NCBI GenBank assembly: GCA_013239625.1
Contig: MU054187.1
Coordinates: forward strand, 620,001 to 684,000
DNA from: Lama guanicoe
Lineage: Eukaryota
Length of the DNA stretch: 64,000 bases
Reading direction: 5' to 3'
Below, one piece after another: positions 34,001 to 46,845 of this stretch. The first letter of the stretch is position 1; every line of letters starts with the position of its first letter. The translations under genes and the position numbers were made by a program. A model generated the notes under the pieces. The model had not been told where the DNA came from, did not search any database, and saw only the letters and a list, made by a program, of their open reading frames with translations.

Positions 34001-37000
34001 GTCATCAGGGACTCCAGGACCAGTGACTGAGGTCCAGACATCACTGGACGCTGGTGCACGTTCAGGAAAATGCAGTCAGCATCACGCACTAAGGTGTGAG
34101 GGCGGAACATTTTCACAGCCAGCTTCTTTGCGGCCCGTCCTCAGCGAGGCTGCTGCCCCAAGAGGCTGTGTCCCCAGAGAGAGCGCGATGCTTTAGCTTT
34201 GACCCAGAAAATGAATGATCCATCGAAACAAGACTGGTGAGCAAACTGGTGCAGGGGCTCAGGGAGACAGTGGGGCACGAGCAGGGCGTCCGGAAACAGC
34301 CGGCTAGCAACCTTGGGCCAACAGACAACCTTGGAGGGAGAGCTTCCCCTCGCTGAATGAGAGCGGCGTGCGGGGAAGCTGACCAGCAAACGCTCTGTCT
34401 TTGGGGATGAACCTGCACAAGCAAACCCGGGCCGGTGGGGCTCCAGGACCAGCCCCCCTCAGGGGAGGGGCTCCCGAGGCCCCCAGGGACCCACGTGGCC
34501 CCCAGGTTGTGCGAGGGGCTGGGTCTTCTAGGGCCGTCGCATCTGGTCGGGTCAGTCACCTCTGCTCTGTCATCACTGTCACCCGCATCTGGTGCCTTCC
34601 TGCCCCAGACACTAATGGGCCCTTTCCCTGCAGAAGCCGGCTGTCCCCAGAGACATCCTGAACAGTGAAGGAGGAAGAAAGATTCTTAAGACAGTGGATC
34701 AGGAGGCTTAACAGAGCCTGGAAGATGTGCCAAGAAGCTTGTAGGGCATTTAAATCAAAAAAAGAAAGTGACGATGGGTTGAAGGCCACATCGAACCTGA
34801 TGCTCTGCGGGGAGCGGCCGGTCCCCCAGCTCAGCTGTCATCGTTGGTGGTCACGGGCGGGTCTGAAGTCAGGAAAACGCCTTTCCTCAGCCCGCAGTCG
34901 TGGGTCGTGCTGACCTTGAACAAATGTCAGCTCAGGGTCACCACGTCCGTCACTTCTGCACCAGTGAGTTCAGTCTTATCGAGGGAAGGTGACAAGCCCT
35001 GACCTCGTGTTCAGTTTTGTCAAAACCAGGGCTTAGCTGAGCTGCAGCGGACGGACCAAACTCCCCGAGGAAGAAAGTCCCTGTGAAAAGCGGCCCTTCG
35101 GCCTTGGCTGAGTCCAGGGCCACGAAAGGGAGAAGCAGAGTCCGGCCGCCTCTCCCACGGCTCGGCCTCCGCGTGGGTCCCGGGACGTGGCGAGGTCCGG
35201 AGGCTCTATTTCCATTTCACATCCCCTTCTCCCAAGTGGCCTGCGTGGTGCGTGCCCACCAGGGAGGCTCCAAATGTCAGTAGTAAAGTTCAAAGTCCCC
35301 TCCGGGGGTGGGCGGAATGGCCACACGCGACAAGCATTTTAAAGGAAAACCAAGTGCAGTGCAACGCGCCCTCACCTGATTGGGCGAGAGGCCTTCTGGA
35401 GCGCAGAGTCCCCGACAAGTGTCTGTCCAGGTTCGTTTCGGAGACAAGCGGACACGCCAAGGCAGCCCGGGGGTCCTGTCAGGCCTCCTCCCGACCCTGT
35501 AGGGCTACCCGCTGTCTCTTCTCTTGGACCTGCAGCCCTGGAGGGACCCACGGGCACCAGACCAGTAGAACACGTTAACTGTTAACTTACGGGTGAGAAC
35601 CACCAGCCGACAGGCAAGAAGGTGGCAGCCCTCGGCAGCCGAGCGCTGGCCGGGCCCCTGCGCTTTGCACGGCTTTCGCTGCAGTGCTGTGGGCCTGGGA
35701 CCTGAGGAGACCTAGCTGTGGGCAGAGCCTGGACAGGCCGCACTGAAGAGGCGCAGATACATGGAAACACACCATCGCTCCACTTACTTCATAATTTGTT
35801 CTGTGCTGAGAAGTTTGCGGCTCATTCTTCATGAGTTTTCTTCAAGAGGGACACTTGAAATCTTTTATTTCATCTTTGAGTCTCCCAGATTTATATCAGC
35901 TCCTTGCAGCCGATGATAATGTTCTCCCAAATTAAACACAACACACATTACTCAGCGGAGCAGCCCGGAGCACACGGAGTTCCAAGTGATGCCTGAGTCG
36001 ATTTTTTCTTGTGTTGAAGTTGCTGATTAAACTGTTTCGTTTGGTCATTATTCGTCCCCCCTTTTCCAGCGTTAATCCTGCAGTGTCCCAGGGCCTCTGG
36101 CCATCAGTGGTGGGAGGGAGCCCGAAGGATGGCTTCTAATTCATTTTTTCTTGGTAAACAGCCACGCTGAGAGTGGGCTGGGCAGGTTCCCCACGGGCAT
36201 GGTTCCAGCCGTGACACGCCTGTGGACAAGCCCTTCCCTCCAGGTGGGATGACACCTGTTGGGGGGGCACCTCTCTGTCACATAGAAACGCCTGCCTTTG
36301 GGACTGGACGCGATTCCAGGTCCTCGTGCTTGACCAGAGGGTCACTGTGGGTGTCAAGTTCCCAGAGTTTCCTTTTAAATTTCAATAATTCTCCGGCCTA
36401 CGACATAACACAGCCGTGTGTTACTTAACTGAGAACTGGCCAGGGATTCGGTAACGAAGGGGCCCTGTCCCGGGACGGCACGCCCTGCCTGGCAGAGCCC
36501 CACCCGAGTCCCAGGGGCATGTCAGCTGCTCGAGACCCCAGCTCCTGAGACGCAAGTGCAGCCCCGGCTGGGCGGGCGCGGCTCCAGCTCTGGGCCCTGT
36601 CCCTCGTCCGGAGACTTGGCCGCGCTGGTCCTGGAAGAGCACCCAGCCCTGCCCGTGACCTGCTCCACCTTGGAGATAAAAACAAAAGATGTTCAATTGT
36701 TTGTCCTCCTGATGAGGCTTTTCTGAGTCCTGTTCCAATACTAGAATTGGAAATTTTCAATTCAATGTTTTTTCCAAAAGAGCAAATACAGCTTTCTTAC
36801 CCTAGGGTCCCAGGAGAGCATAACTATTCAACAGTTTGAAGACATCACCACTGTTACATTAGCGATGATGGAAAAGCACACTTTTCTTACAAAATCACAA
36901 AATTTGGGAAAGGGCCAAGTACCTGTTAACTGAGAAAGGAAGTGCACCCCAGGGCTCCCTCCGCCCTCAGTGGTGCTCTCCACACGACCCCCAGCGCCGG

Positions 37001-40000
37001 TCCTGCCCGGTAAGGGCTTGTGGTCAAGTCCAGGACGGAAGAGGTGCTGCCCTGGCTGTGGCTTTCTCCCCACCACCGACTGTCAGCGGCCAGGCGGCAG
37101 CCCCAGGCAGTGAACAATGAAATAGGAAACGGTCTGCGGCAGATACCCCCTTCCCTGCCGTGTTCTGGCCACACTGGCCCGGTCAGGATGGAGACACTCA
37201 GATGCACGTGGCATGTGATCTGAGACGCTCCGAGTCTGTCCCCGGAGGGCCGTAAAAATGAATTCTTGTTTCCCTCCACGTCTTAAAAATGGGTAACAGA
37301 ATTTAAAACAAAACAACTATTTCAAATAACACAAGTCATCCACCCACAAGTTGAAAACCTCATAAAATTTCCTACATTTAGAAACTTTCATGTCAAATAT
37401 TAAGTTCTGAAGACAGAAGGATAACAAAATGGCCCAGTCTTGGAGAAAGCTTGCACAAACACCCAGCACATCGTGGGCATGGGAGGTTCGCGGCGAGGAC
37501 CCGTGGTGTCCTGTGGGTGCCGACTTGCTCAGTGGCTGCAGTCGGGGTGCAGGCGACCTGGGGTGTGTGAGGAGGCCCAGCGCAGCCACATGAGGCTCGT
37601 GCACTTGAACCGCGTCGTCGTCTTCCAGCCCTGGCCTCCCTAAGCCCTCCTTCCTCACGGGGCCTGGACGTGCTCAGGGGGGCTGGGAGATCCCCGAGTC
37701 TCGCGTGGGGGCTCTGGGGACATGTGCTGAGAACTGTCACGGGTGTGCTCCTCTCTGCCGTCTGATGTGTCGCATTTCCGCTTGATGGTCACAGGCTGGA
37801 GGACTTCTTTTCTGAATGACTCACTTTCTCTGGGTCAGAAGCCTCCTTGCGTCCTTAAAGATGCCAGAGACGTTAAATGCAGGTCTTATGTGCATAGTTA
37901 AACGCACGCAGCGAGCAGAGCTTCTAACAGCATGCACGCAAGTTCCGTGTTTCCTGCTCCCAGGTGTTGGCGCCTGCTCGGGGTTCTAGTCTTGCTCGGC
38001 GCTGACTGGGACCTGCTGCGGACACGCACCGTGGGCGCTCAGGCCCTCATCTCGCCAGCAGCTGAGGCCCCGCCCCGCCTTCTGTCGGTCTGGGAGCAGA
38101 GAAGTGGACGAGTGGAAACAAGCTGAGGAGCTTTCCCTCCTCCTGGCTGGCCCCGCCCGCTGCGTCTCTGAAATTCTGTGCAGCCAATCCTGCGACGAAT
38201 CTCCTAACTGAATCCCAGCGTAAAATCTGAAAGGATTGTTCGTCACCTTTGTTAAAAGGGCAGAGATGCTGGGCTCACAGGCCTGTTAGGCCTTCACGCT
38301 CTTAGAACATCGTCCACGTTTCCTGAACGCTCCCCATGGAAGAGCAGTTTGCAGCTCGGTGCTGGTCACTCCACTGGGGGTGTCAGGGGTCTTCAGACCG
38401 GAGGACTAGGGCGACGGGTGGGCAAGACAGCGAATGGAAGCGACGGAGAAGATCTAAGCAAAAAAGACCTTGAACACCCAGAAATAAAACAAAGCAGTGA
38501 CAAGAAAATTGTATCTGATCTGCATGAAATTTTACACTGAGAATTTTTTTAGTCAATTGAACATCAGACATTCTTTATGCCAAGAAAGATGAACATTCTC
38601 TGATTTTTTAAAGACAGATCTTCCGCTCCCCTGATGCATGTGCTCCACGCCGCAGGGACTGGCGTCTTATTAAACGTCGGTGGTGGTGAGATCAGGTCCG
38701 GGTTGTAGGGCTGGGGCCTGGGGTCTGCAGAGACCGTGGACGGGGAGCGGGGAGCGGTGGGCGGGCTCACTTCACACTCACCTTTAGCCCCAGATTAGAC
38801 CTGCTGGGAAGGAGAAATGCAGTCTCCCCACGAACTTCAACACAAGCACGTCCACTGGGATCACGGGCTCAGGAGGGTGCCGTGACCTTGGCTGACGAAA
38901 CGTCTGGGGCTGAGACCCAGGCCTGGGCCTCACGGTCTCCAAACGCACGGGCACCCCAGGCCGGAGGGCGGGGCGCGCCTTCCCATGAGCCCTGCTGGCG
39001 CGTCAGTGCTGCTGACCAGGGGGCTACGTGGGGACATTTTGGTTAGTTTCCATGGTAACTCATGGCCGTTTCCAGCTTGCTGTCCCCTCATGCCCACGCT
39101 CTCAGTACTTCCGATTTGGTGACCTCCCAATTTTAGATGGAAGGTAGACATTTCAGCCGTTGGAAATGAGTTCATGGAGCCCAGATCGCAGTCAGATCCA
39201 AGATTTCAAGTGCTCGTAAAAACCTGAGACTCTGTAGTACTGCTAAAATCCCAAACGCAGAGGAAAGCAGTCCCTGATCGGGGCACTTGCAGGGAACCCT
39301 CGTGGGCTCGGCTGCCTGGACAGTCTGTTAAACCTTCCCTGTATTAATGCAGCTTTGGAAGAAGAGGACCGAGTTAGGTTTAATGTCTCAGTCAAAGCTC
39401 CACGAACATAGGAACTACAGCCCCAGGGCCGAGGTCGCCACGGAGGGGACGGAGCTGGTGGTGCGCACTGGCCTTGGGCGGGGCTGATGGTGCTGCTGTG
39501 TGAGGGAAGTCCGCCCCGTTAAGAAGCGAAGCGGAACCCTCGCCAAGGAGGAGGGCGGATGTGGGTAACACAGGAGTTCGGGGTGGACGCCGGGTCTTGG
39601 GGTCGGCACGTCCTGCTTCTGTGTGAAGAGACTGGGGTCAGGACGTCCAGGGAGCGCTCGGCGTCTGCCTCACCCTCCCGGCTCGTCTCCTGCCGCTCCT
39701 TGAAGCTGCTGGAGCTGCCGGTGGTCCCACTGGGAGCCTCTGTGGGAGCTGCCTCCCCCCCGGAGGGCATCGCTGCCCCAGCCCTTCCTGACCGAGGAGC
39801 CCGTCCCCCGCGCCTCAGTCTGGAAGCCTTGCCTTCCGTCCTGGGGCATGAGCACTGGTAACACCTCGTGTGGCCCCCAAACACAGACGGCCAAGGACAG
39901 AGACCTGCCCCCGAGGAAGCTACCGTGACCGGCCCGCACTCCCCAGCCTGGGCCGTCCTTCCCTGGGCTCTGCCCCAGGGCCAGGCTGGGCACACGCCCC

Positions 40001-43000
40001 ACAGCCAGAGGAAGACGCCTCACCCCTGCGCACAGACCCCACGGCAGCGATGGACTGACCGTCTGTGTGGGCAGTGTGTGGTTGTTACAATCAGGAGGGT
40101 GTAGACAGCTCAGAATTCAGAATTAATGCCCAAACCTGCTGAAAACGTTTGAGGAAAATGAAAGAGCGTGTCGGCAGGTATTACGTGCTGGAAGGGCGTC
40201 AGGCTGAACAGGCCTGGCAGGGACCTCTGGTCTGGAGCCACGAGGCAGAGAAACTCCCCGCCTTGAAGACGTTAGAAAACGCAGGTGACCTGTATGTGTG
40301 GCCAGTAGGTCACAGTCTCCTGGTCCTAGAAGGTTCCAGAAGGAGCCTGAGTTTACAGAAGCCAGTGGGAGAGACGCAGGTGTGGCGTCGGGCGCCAGGT
40401 TGCCCTGCCGTCTCTGTGGCCTCCCCCGCGGGCCGGGTCAGTGCGGGGACGTACGTCAGTGAACCTGGAGCCCTCCGGGGCCGGGAAGCCGCCAAGGCTC
40501 GAGGTGGTGTCACGTCTTCCCGAGACTCCGCGGCTGGCCTGCAGCGCTGCCTGGGGAAGTGGCACGCCGTCTTCGACCAGAGACTTGTTTCTGGGGAGCG
40601 ATGTATCTAGGGTGTAATGTGTGTGGAGAGAAACCCGCGTCGAACACGACCACGCTCACCTCAGGCTCGGTGGCCCTTCTTGCCCAGCTGGCGATGTGAC
40701 TCTGAGGAGTCGGCGGCGTTTAGGGACGAGCATTACTTCGTGCTTCCCTCACTTTCCTCTCCTCTAAAAGCGAGTCCTCGAACAGACGTTACTCGGATTT
40801 TTCCAAAGTGTGAATAAGTGACCTCTGGAGAAAGAGAGATTCATAGCATGGCAAGTTTTCAGGGAAAATACTTTGTTTTTCAGAAGAGTATGCATGAAGG
40901 GAAACGAGACGAATGGAGCTGTGATGAGGATGTTTACGCAGGTTCAGCCACACCCTCGCCTCCCTGCGCCACATCGTCACGCTGACCTGCCCTTTTGCAG
41001 GTTTTGCTTTTGGGATTTTGATAATCAGAAACCAGTCTGTGCTCACTGGCCTTTGACTTGAGACTCTGTTTTACATCGTATTAAAAGATTAAAAAAAATC
41101 TCCTTTTTATCACCCTCTGCCTATTTCCATGGCTACATAAGATGTTTTTTAAAAAAGCACCAGCATTTCTGAGCATTGCACAGTGCTCTGCGCCGCACAC
41201 CCAGGGAGCACCTACGGCCGCTGTATCAGGAGGTGGCTTGAACCTTCAATGCCCTTAACACTGGCCAGTGGATTTTAAAACCGATTAATTCACTGGAAGC
41301 CTCAGATTTTAGTTCTCAATCCTGAGCGTGTGATTTTAGTCTTTAGCCAAACCCATGTTCTCCGTTGCCTGCCCGTGAACGTCCTTGTGCAGCAGAGGGA
41401 GAGATGACAGCCTGTAAAGCTTGCGAGGGAACCGGGAATCCGGGACGACGAGGAGGGGAGGGGACGCCGGACCAGAGGGTCAGGCCGTGAAGACGCAGAG
41501 ACAGTGGGGTCCAGTTAAGAGGCAGGAATTCAGGACGAGTCCTTGGCCGCGCTGTCCCCCCACCCCCCACTCTCTCGGTGCGTGGTGTGCAGCCCGGGAC
41601 AGTCGTAAACTGTGCACTGGGGGCAGAGTCCTGGTGGGTCAGGTAGGGGATGGGAGGGAAGTCAAAGGAAGCGGCAGAGATGCAAGAAAGGGAGGGACTA
41701 GCACAAACGAGAAAGCGCACAAAGCCAGCTTCAGACGGAGCCGGCTGCCCGGGTCTCGCTGACCTTGGCAGGACTGGAGGGGTCATATTTTATGTGGACA
41801 GACCGCCCCAACTTCTCCTGTGTCTCTGGAGCCTACAAATGTTTCTCCTGGATGGGCCCTCGCTGCAGTCATTGCATTCGCCAAAGTTTTATTGTATTAA
41901 TAGGTGTTTCTTGGGGTGTTTACTGGCATACGTCTTGACGTTGTATTTTTCGTCGTTAAAGAAAAGTACGTTTTTTGTTTTGGTCTGAACTTTTGGGCTC
42001 TGGTACCGAAGCTTTCCTGACGTTCCCCAACCCCGCGCTGCATTTTAGAAGCAGAGTGAGACAATCGTCGGAGTCTATGAGCCACGTGACGCCGTCCTCA
42101 TCAACTGTCCTGATTAAACTTGGTGGAGCCTTGGTGCCAGTTCATCGGTGGGCTCCTGTCGGGGAGGCCGTCCGGCGGGGGCTGCGCGCATCTGCACCCG
42201 GCGGACAGTGCGGGGGTCTCGTTTCCCACTCTGACTGGGGGTTTCATTAATTTAGAAAAATGCACTCAGATGGAGTTAAAGATAAAGCAAGGGGGTGGGG
42301 GAAGCACATTCTCTCCAGCAATCACGGGTGAGAGATGGGACCGCTTGCCAGCCTGTCGGGAACCTGGGCCCTGTCCCGCTGTGCCTCCCAGAGCCGGAGG
42401 AGCCGTCACAGAGAGGCTGCTCCCTGACCTCCGTGCGGCCTGTGCCTCCAGTAAACTGTCCAAGACGCAACAGCTGTTTTGGGTGAGCTTGGAACTCTGC
42501 TTTTAAAATCTGTAAGATCTTTGCGTTAGGACGAGAATTAGGAAAGATTTGTTGAGCTGCAAGTAAGAGGAAACTCTGGCCATAAAGAAACGCACGGTCT
42601 CATGGCAGAGAAGGCCAGAAGTGAGGCCGGGTCTGGGAGGGCTGGCGCAGCGGCTCTGGGGCGTCTCGAGGACCGGCTGTGTCTCATTCTTCCTCCGCCA
42701 TCTGTGGTGGCCTCGTTCTCAGGCCCTGAGAACACGATGGTTACAGCTCCTCCACGGACCACGTCCACACCCAGCCCGTGAAGGTGGGAAGTGGGCCGTT
42801 CATGGCAGAGTCTCCTTCTGAGCCTGGAACCCGACCACGTGGTACCAGCGATGACTGAGGAGACGGAGTGCGGCATCTCTGGGAGCCTGGTGTGGGCTGA
42901 CATCACGGACCGGCACGGCCACGCTGGGAGCCAGCCTCACTGCCCCGGAAGGGGAGGCTCAGAGCCGGGTTCCAGGAGGTGGAGCTCCTGGCCTAGCCGC

Positions 43001-46000
43001 TCCCTGATGGGGCGGGAGGTCTGAGTGGACACCAGTCTTGCCCTGGAGGCACGCCCTCTGGACGCTGCAGACGACATCTTCCATCTCAGTTTGCCTGCAC
43101 GTGCAGACTCCGTTTCTTCCAGCTTGTGCCTCTTCCCTTTGAGGCTGCTCTTGACACAGGAATAAGACACAGAGTCCAGAAGGCCTGCCCTCCGAACCGC
43201 CTGTCTCACAGCGGACAGAGGCGAGGGTCACTGGCAACGCCAGAGCGGTGCCTCCGGGGCCAGCCGGCCGCTCCCACGGCAGGGCTGTGTCGGACTGTGC
43301 GACCTCACCACCGGTTAGGATGACTGCGCCCTGTGCAGACGCCCCCAGGCCTGGCCCTGCTGGTTTGCACGCGTACGGGTGACTTGTTTTGACGATAAGT
43401 AATGAGTGAGCACCTAGGACAAAGTGGGTGGACCCCCAGGACTGCGGCTGGAGGGCAGGCCAGGGGACCGTGCCTCTGGGGCACAGACTCCGCATAAACC
43501 TGGCCAGGCCCCTCACAGACTCCTTCTGGGGCTGTGGGCGCTGTGCCCTTGGGAGCTCTCAGTGGCCCGGGGCACGGCCCTCCAGCTGTGCTTGGAGCAG
43601 GGACAGGGAACGGCGGCTCGCCTGGCCACACCTGTCGGCTGGGCACGTGCCCACAGTGGGAATTAGATACCTCCCTGACATTTTTGGGAGAAGTAAGGAA
43701 CTTTCTCCCTGTCGTAAGTCCGCTTTTCCCTGCACGACCTGCTTGTACTTATGGAATTGGCCGTCCCTTCACCAGTGGCGTGGGTTGCACCGGGTGGGAC
43801 CTCTCCAGGCTGGCTGGCCTCCCTGGGGGCCCGAGGGCGAGGAACAGCAGCTCCGCAGTACCCACACTTCATGGCCCGTGCCGCGAGGCCTCAGGTCCAC
43901 CACGTGCGCCATCAACACGGCTAACGAGTTCACGGCACTGTCCGCCTGCAGCCCCGTCACTGAGAATCTTGACGCCTCTGTCCCCGGGCTGCAGACAGGC
44001 TCCCAGTCCCCTCCCACTGCGAAACCAGTAGCTCCTCCCTTTGGTCTGAACGTGCAGAGAACGCACGTCCCGGTTCCTGTAATGGAAGGTGAGACGGGGG
44101 CCCGTTTGTGGGACTGGGGTCTGACTCCTGAGCAAGGGTCCTGACTGTGAGCCTCCCCTCCAGCCCGAAGCACACACACTGCAGGCTAAACGGTGCACCG
44201 GAGCCCGGCGCCAGGGTGCCCGGGGGTCACAGCGGCTGACGGCGTCACCCGTGGAGCGGGAGCGGTGGCCTCCCTCGATGGACTTCGCTCGATAACGGTG
44301 GTTTTCAAGTGGGACTAGCAAAAAGCACGTGTGGGCACTTAAACTACGGCCACACGTGGAATGAACAGCCTTCCCAGGGAAACAACAGACGCGGCAAACG
44401 TAAGGAGACGGTGTGGACGGAGCCGGAACAGGTGAGAGAAAACACACGCTAATGCGGCAGTGACAACACGGGTGGCACTGGGACACGCCCACCAACGCGA
44501 ACCGCTGATTCTTCCCCTAGAACAGCCCTCGCGGCTCAAGCTCATCTTCCTCAAGTTCAGCTGGAGCCGGGGGTCTGCGGGCCCAGGGGAGGAGCCGGGA
44601 GCTGTGTGGCCGGGCAGATGGGGTCCTCTGTCCGAGGCTGAGGCTGGCCCAGCTGCCCCCGGGGTGGGAGGTCCGCGCCTTCCAGATGGAGGCCCCCGCG
44701 GGAGCGGCCCCTCCCCAGGCTGGTCTTTATCGTGACGAGAACCGATAACCTGAGATCTTCCCTCTTCACAAACTCTGAGTGCACAGATGGCCTCTCCGAC
44801 GAAGGCCACGCCGTCCAGGGCCCGCGTCTGGCTGCAGCCACACGGCGCTCTGGGCCCCCGGAGCCTGGGGCCGCGTCCCCATGGGGGCCTGGGGAGACCC
44901 AGGCCCTGTCCCGCGTGGCCGCAGGGCCTGCTTCTGCTCTGCTGGGCCCTTCGTGGCGACAGAGAGACAGACGGAGGACATGCTGAGGAGACCCGTCGCT
45001 GGGGGACCAGGGCCCGCGCTGCCGGCGGGGCTGGGGTGGAGCTCTTCTGGGCACGTGGGGCAGCGGTGTCCCCGCTCCTGGCCCCGCGGCCCCACACCCG
45101 GGCTCCTGCTGTGCGGTGGGGCAGGAGCGGAGGCCGGGCTGACAGTCAAGCCGATGTGCCGGTTGTTAGTATTTTGGCTCATTTTGTTTTTCACTGTGTG
45201 TGTTTATTTGCTTGCTTTACGTGCTCTCAGAGCCTCCTTGAGTTCTGCAGTTCCCTCACGTTCCTGGATTTCCTTCCCCGTCTCCAAGCGGGAGAAAGAG
45301 CAAAGCCCTGAAGCCGGGACACCCTCACCAGGTGGGATTCTCCGCGGCTGCAGGGGGCCTCCTGCGGGACACACCCCCCACCACCGAGCCGGGGTCCCAG
45401 CCCAGTTCACAGGGGTCTGTGGTGGAGGAGGACTGCGCCTCCCTCGGGATGGGGGCAGGTTCTACTTGCCACTTAAAGGAAGACTGAGGACCGTTCACTG
45501 CGACTTTTATGGGAGATATCCTGTCTGTGCTGGTGGAAGTGGAAAGAGAAGCCAGAGGAAACAGGATGGAGGAGGAGGGGTGGGGGAACCTGTCCAGAGG
45601 CGCGTTTCCGCAGGGAAGCCCCTTCCCGGTCCAGCAGGTTGCTTGTTAAAGAGACAGACAGGCGTGTGCGTGTGCACGTGTGTGCACCTGTGCCCGCGTA
45701 TGTGTGTGCACAGGACACAGAGAAACGGAAGCCTTGAAGACCCTGCTTCCGGGAAACCTCCTCGCTCTGGCTGATGCGGAGAGAAAACAGAAAACAGCCC
45801 CGATCACCTCTCCATGGGGATTTCTAGCTCATGGCGTCTGAGCAGTAGTCACGCACCCAGCTTTCAGCCTTTGAACCGCCTGCAGCCCTTTGTGCTGCCC
45901 TGGCTGTCAGGGCGGGAGGGAGGAATGCGGGCAGGCTGGTGCCTGCTCCGGCCTCAGGTCTGAGCAGGGAGGACCACACCAGCCGGCTCGTGCCCCGTCC

Positions 46001-46714
46001 TTTCCCGGTGGTGGCGGCAAGAGGTTGGACGGGTTTCTGGGTACATCTTGTTCTCCAGTCAAATGAATGGTTTCCTTTCAGCCTGGTAGGTCTGCAGCAA
46101 GTTCCCGGCACCGGCTCCATGTGAGGCTCCTTTGGCCCCGTCTGTCCTGTCCCTTTGCCTCCTGGCGGCTCTGCCTGGTCCCCGGGCCGGCGGGGGAGGG
46201 GTCTCCGCTGCATCACAGCCCCTCCCCCACACCTCCACTCCCCCAGCTCTGGTGTCCCGGGACTGTGGGTGTGCCTGGCAGGAGCTGTAGTAGATTTTGA
46301 AGTGTCCCGTGGCCGGGCCTGCAGGCAAATGGCCAGGAGATGCTATCTTTAAATCATCTGGTGTTGTCTCTGCTGTGGGGGAACTCATGGCGGCATTTGG
46401 ATAATTAAGCCTTTGCAGCAGAGCCCGGCAGAAGCACCACTGCTCCATTAAACAAACGAACTTATCATCACGCACACATTTCAAAACCCCTTTCATCCCA
46501 GAACCTGCAGTGTTTGGGAAGCTCTTCGGCTGGCGAGTTCCCTGGGTCCTGGATGGGGGCCCCCAGGGGAAGGGTCCGCGTCGGGGAGGCTCTGTGCTCA
46601 CACAGCCCTCAGCTCTTCTGCGTGGCTGCACGTGGTGTGCTCCTCCCGCGAAGCTGTGGCGTCTGGGCCAGCGCTGTGATCTTGTCCTCAGCCACCGCCC
46701 GCGCGGACTCCGGG

Positions 46715-46845
46715 CTGAGCTCCGACCTCTCTGTGCCTCAGTCTGCTCACCATTAGTCACCACCTCTGGGCTGGTTGTAAAGATCAAATGAAGACACAGA
46801 TATAAAGTGATTTGCAAAGTATGGCAGTGCCACACATGTCATAAC
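46715..46845 (+). mobile_element. MIR SINE fragment
   Basis: ctctctgtgcctcagtctgctca...ggttgtaaagatcaaatgaag...tataaagtgatttg follows the MIR core and 3' part. Confidence 0.7.
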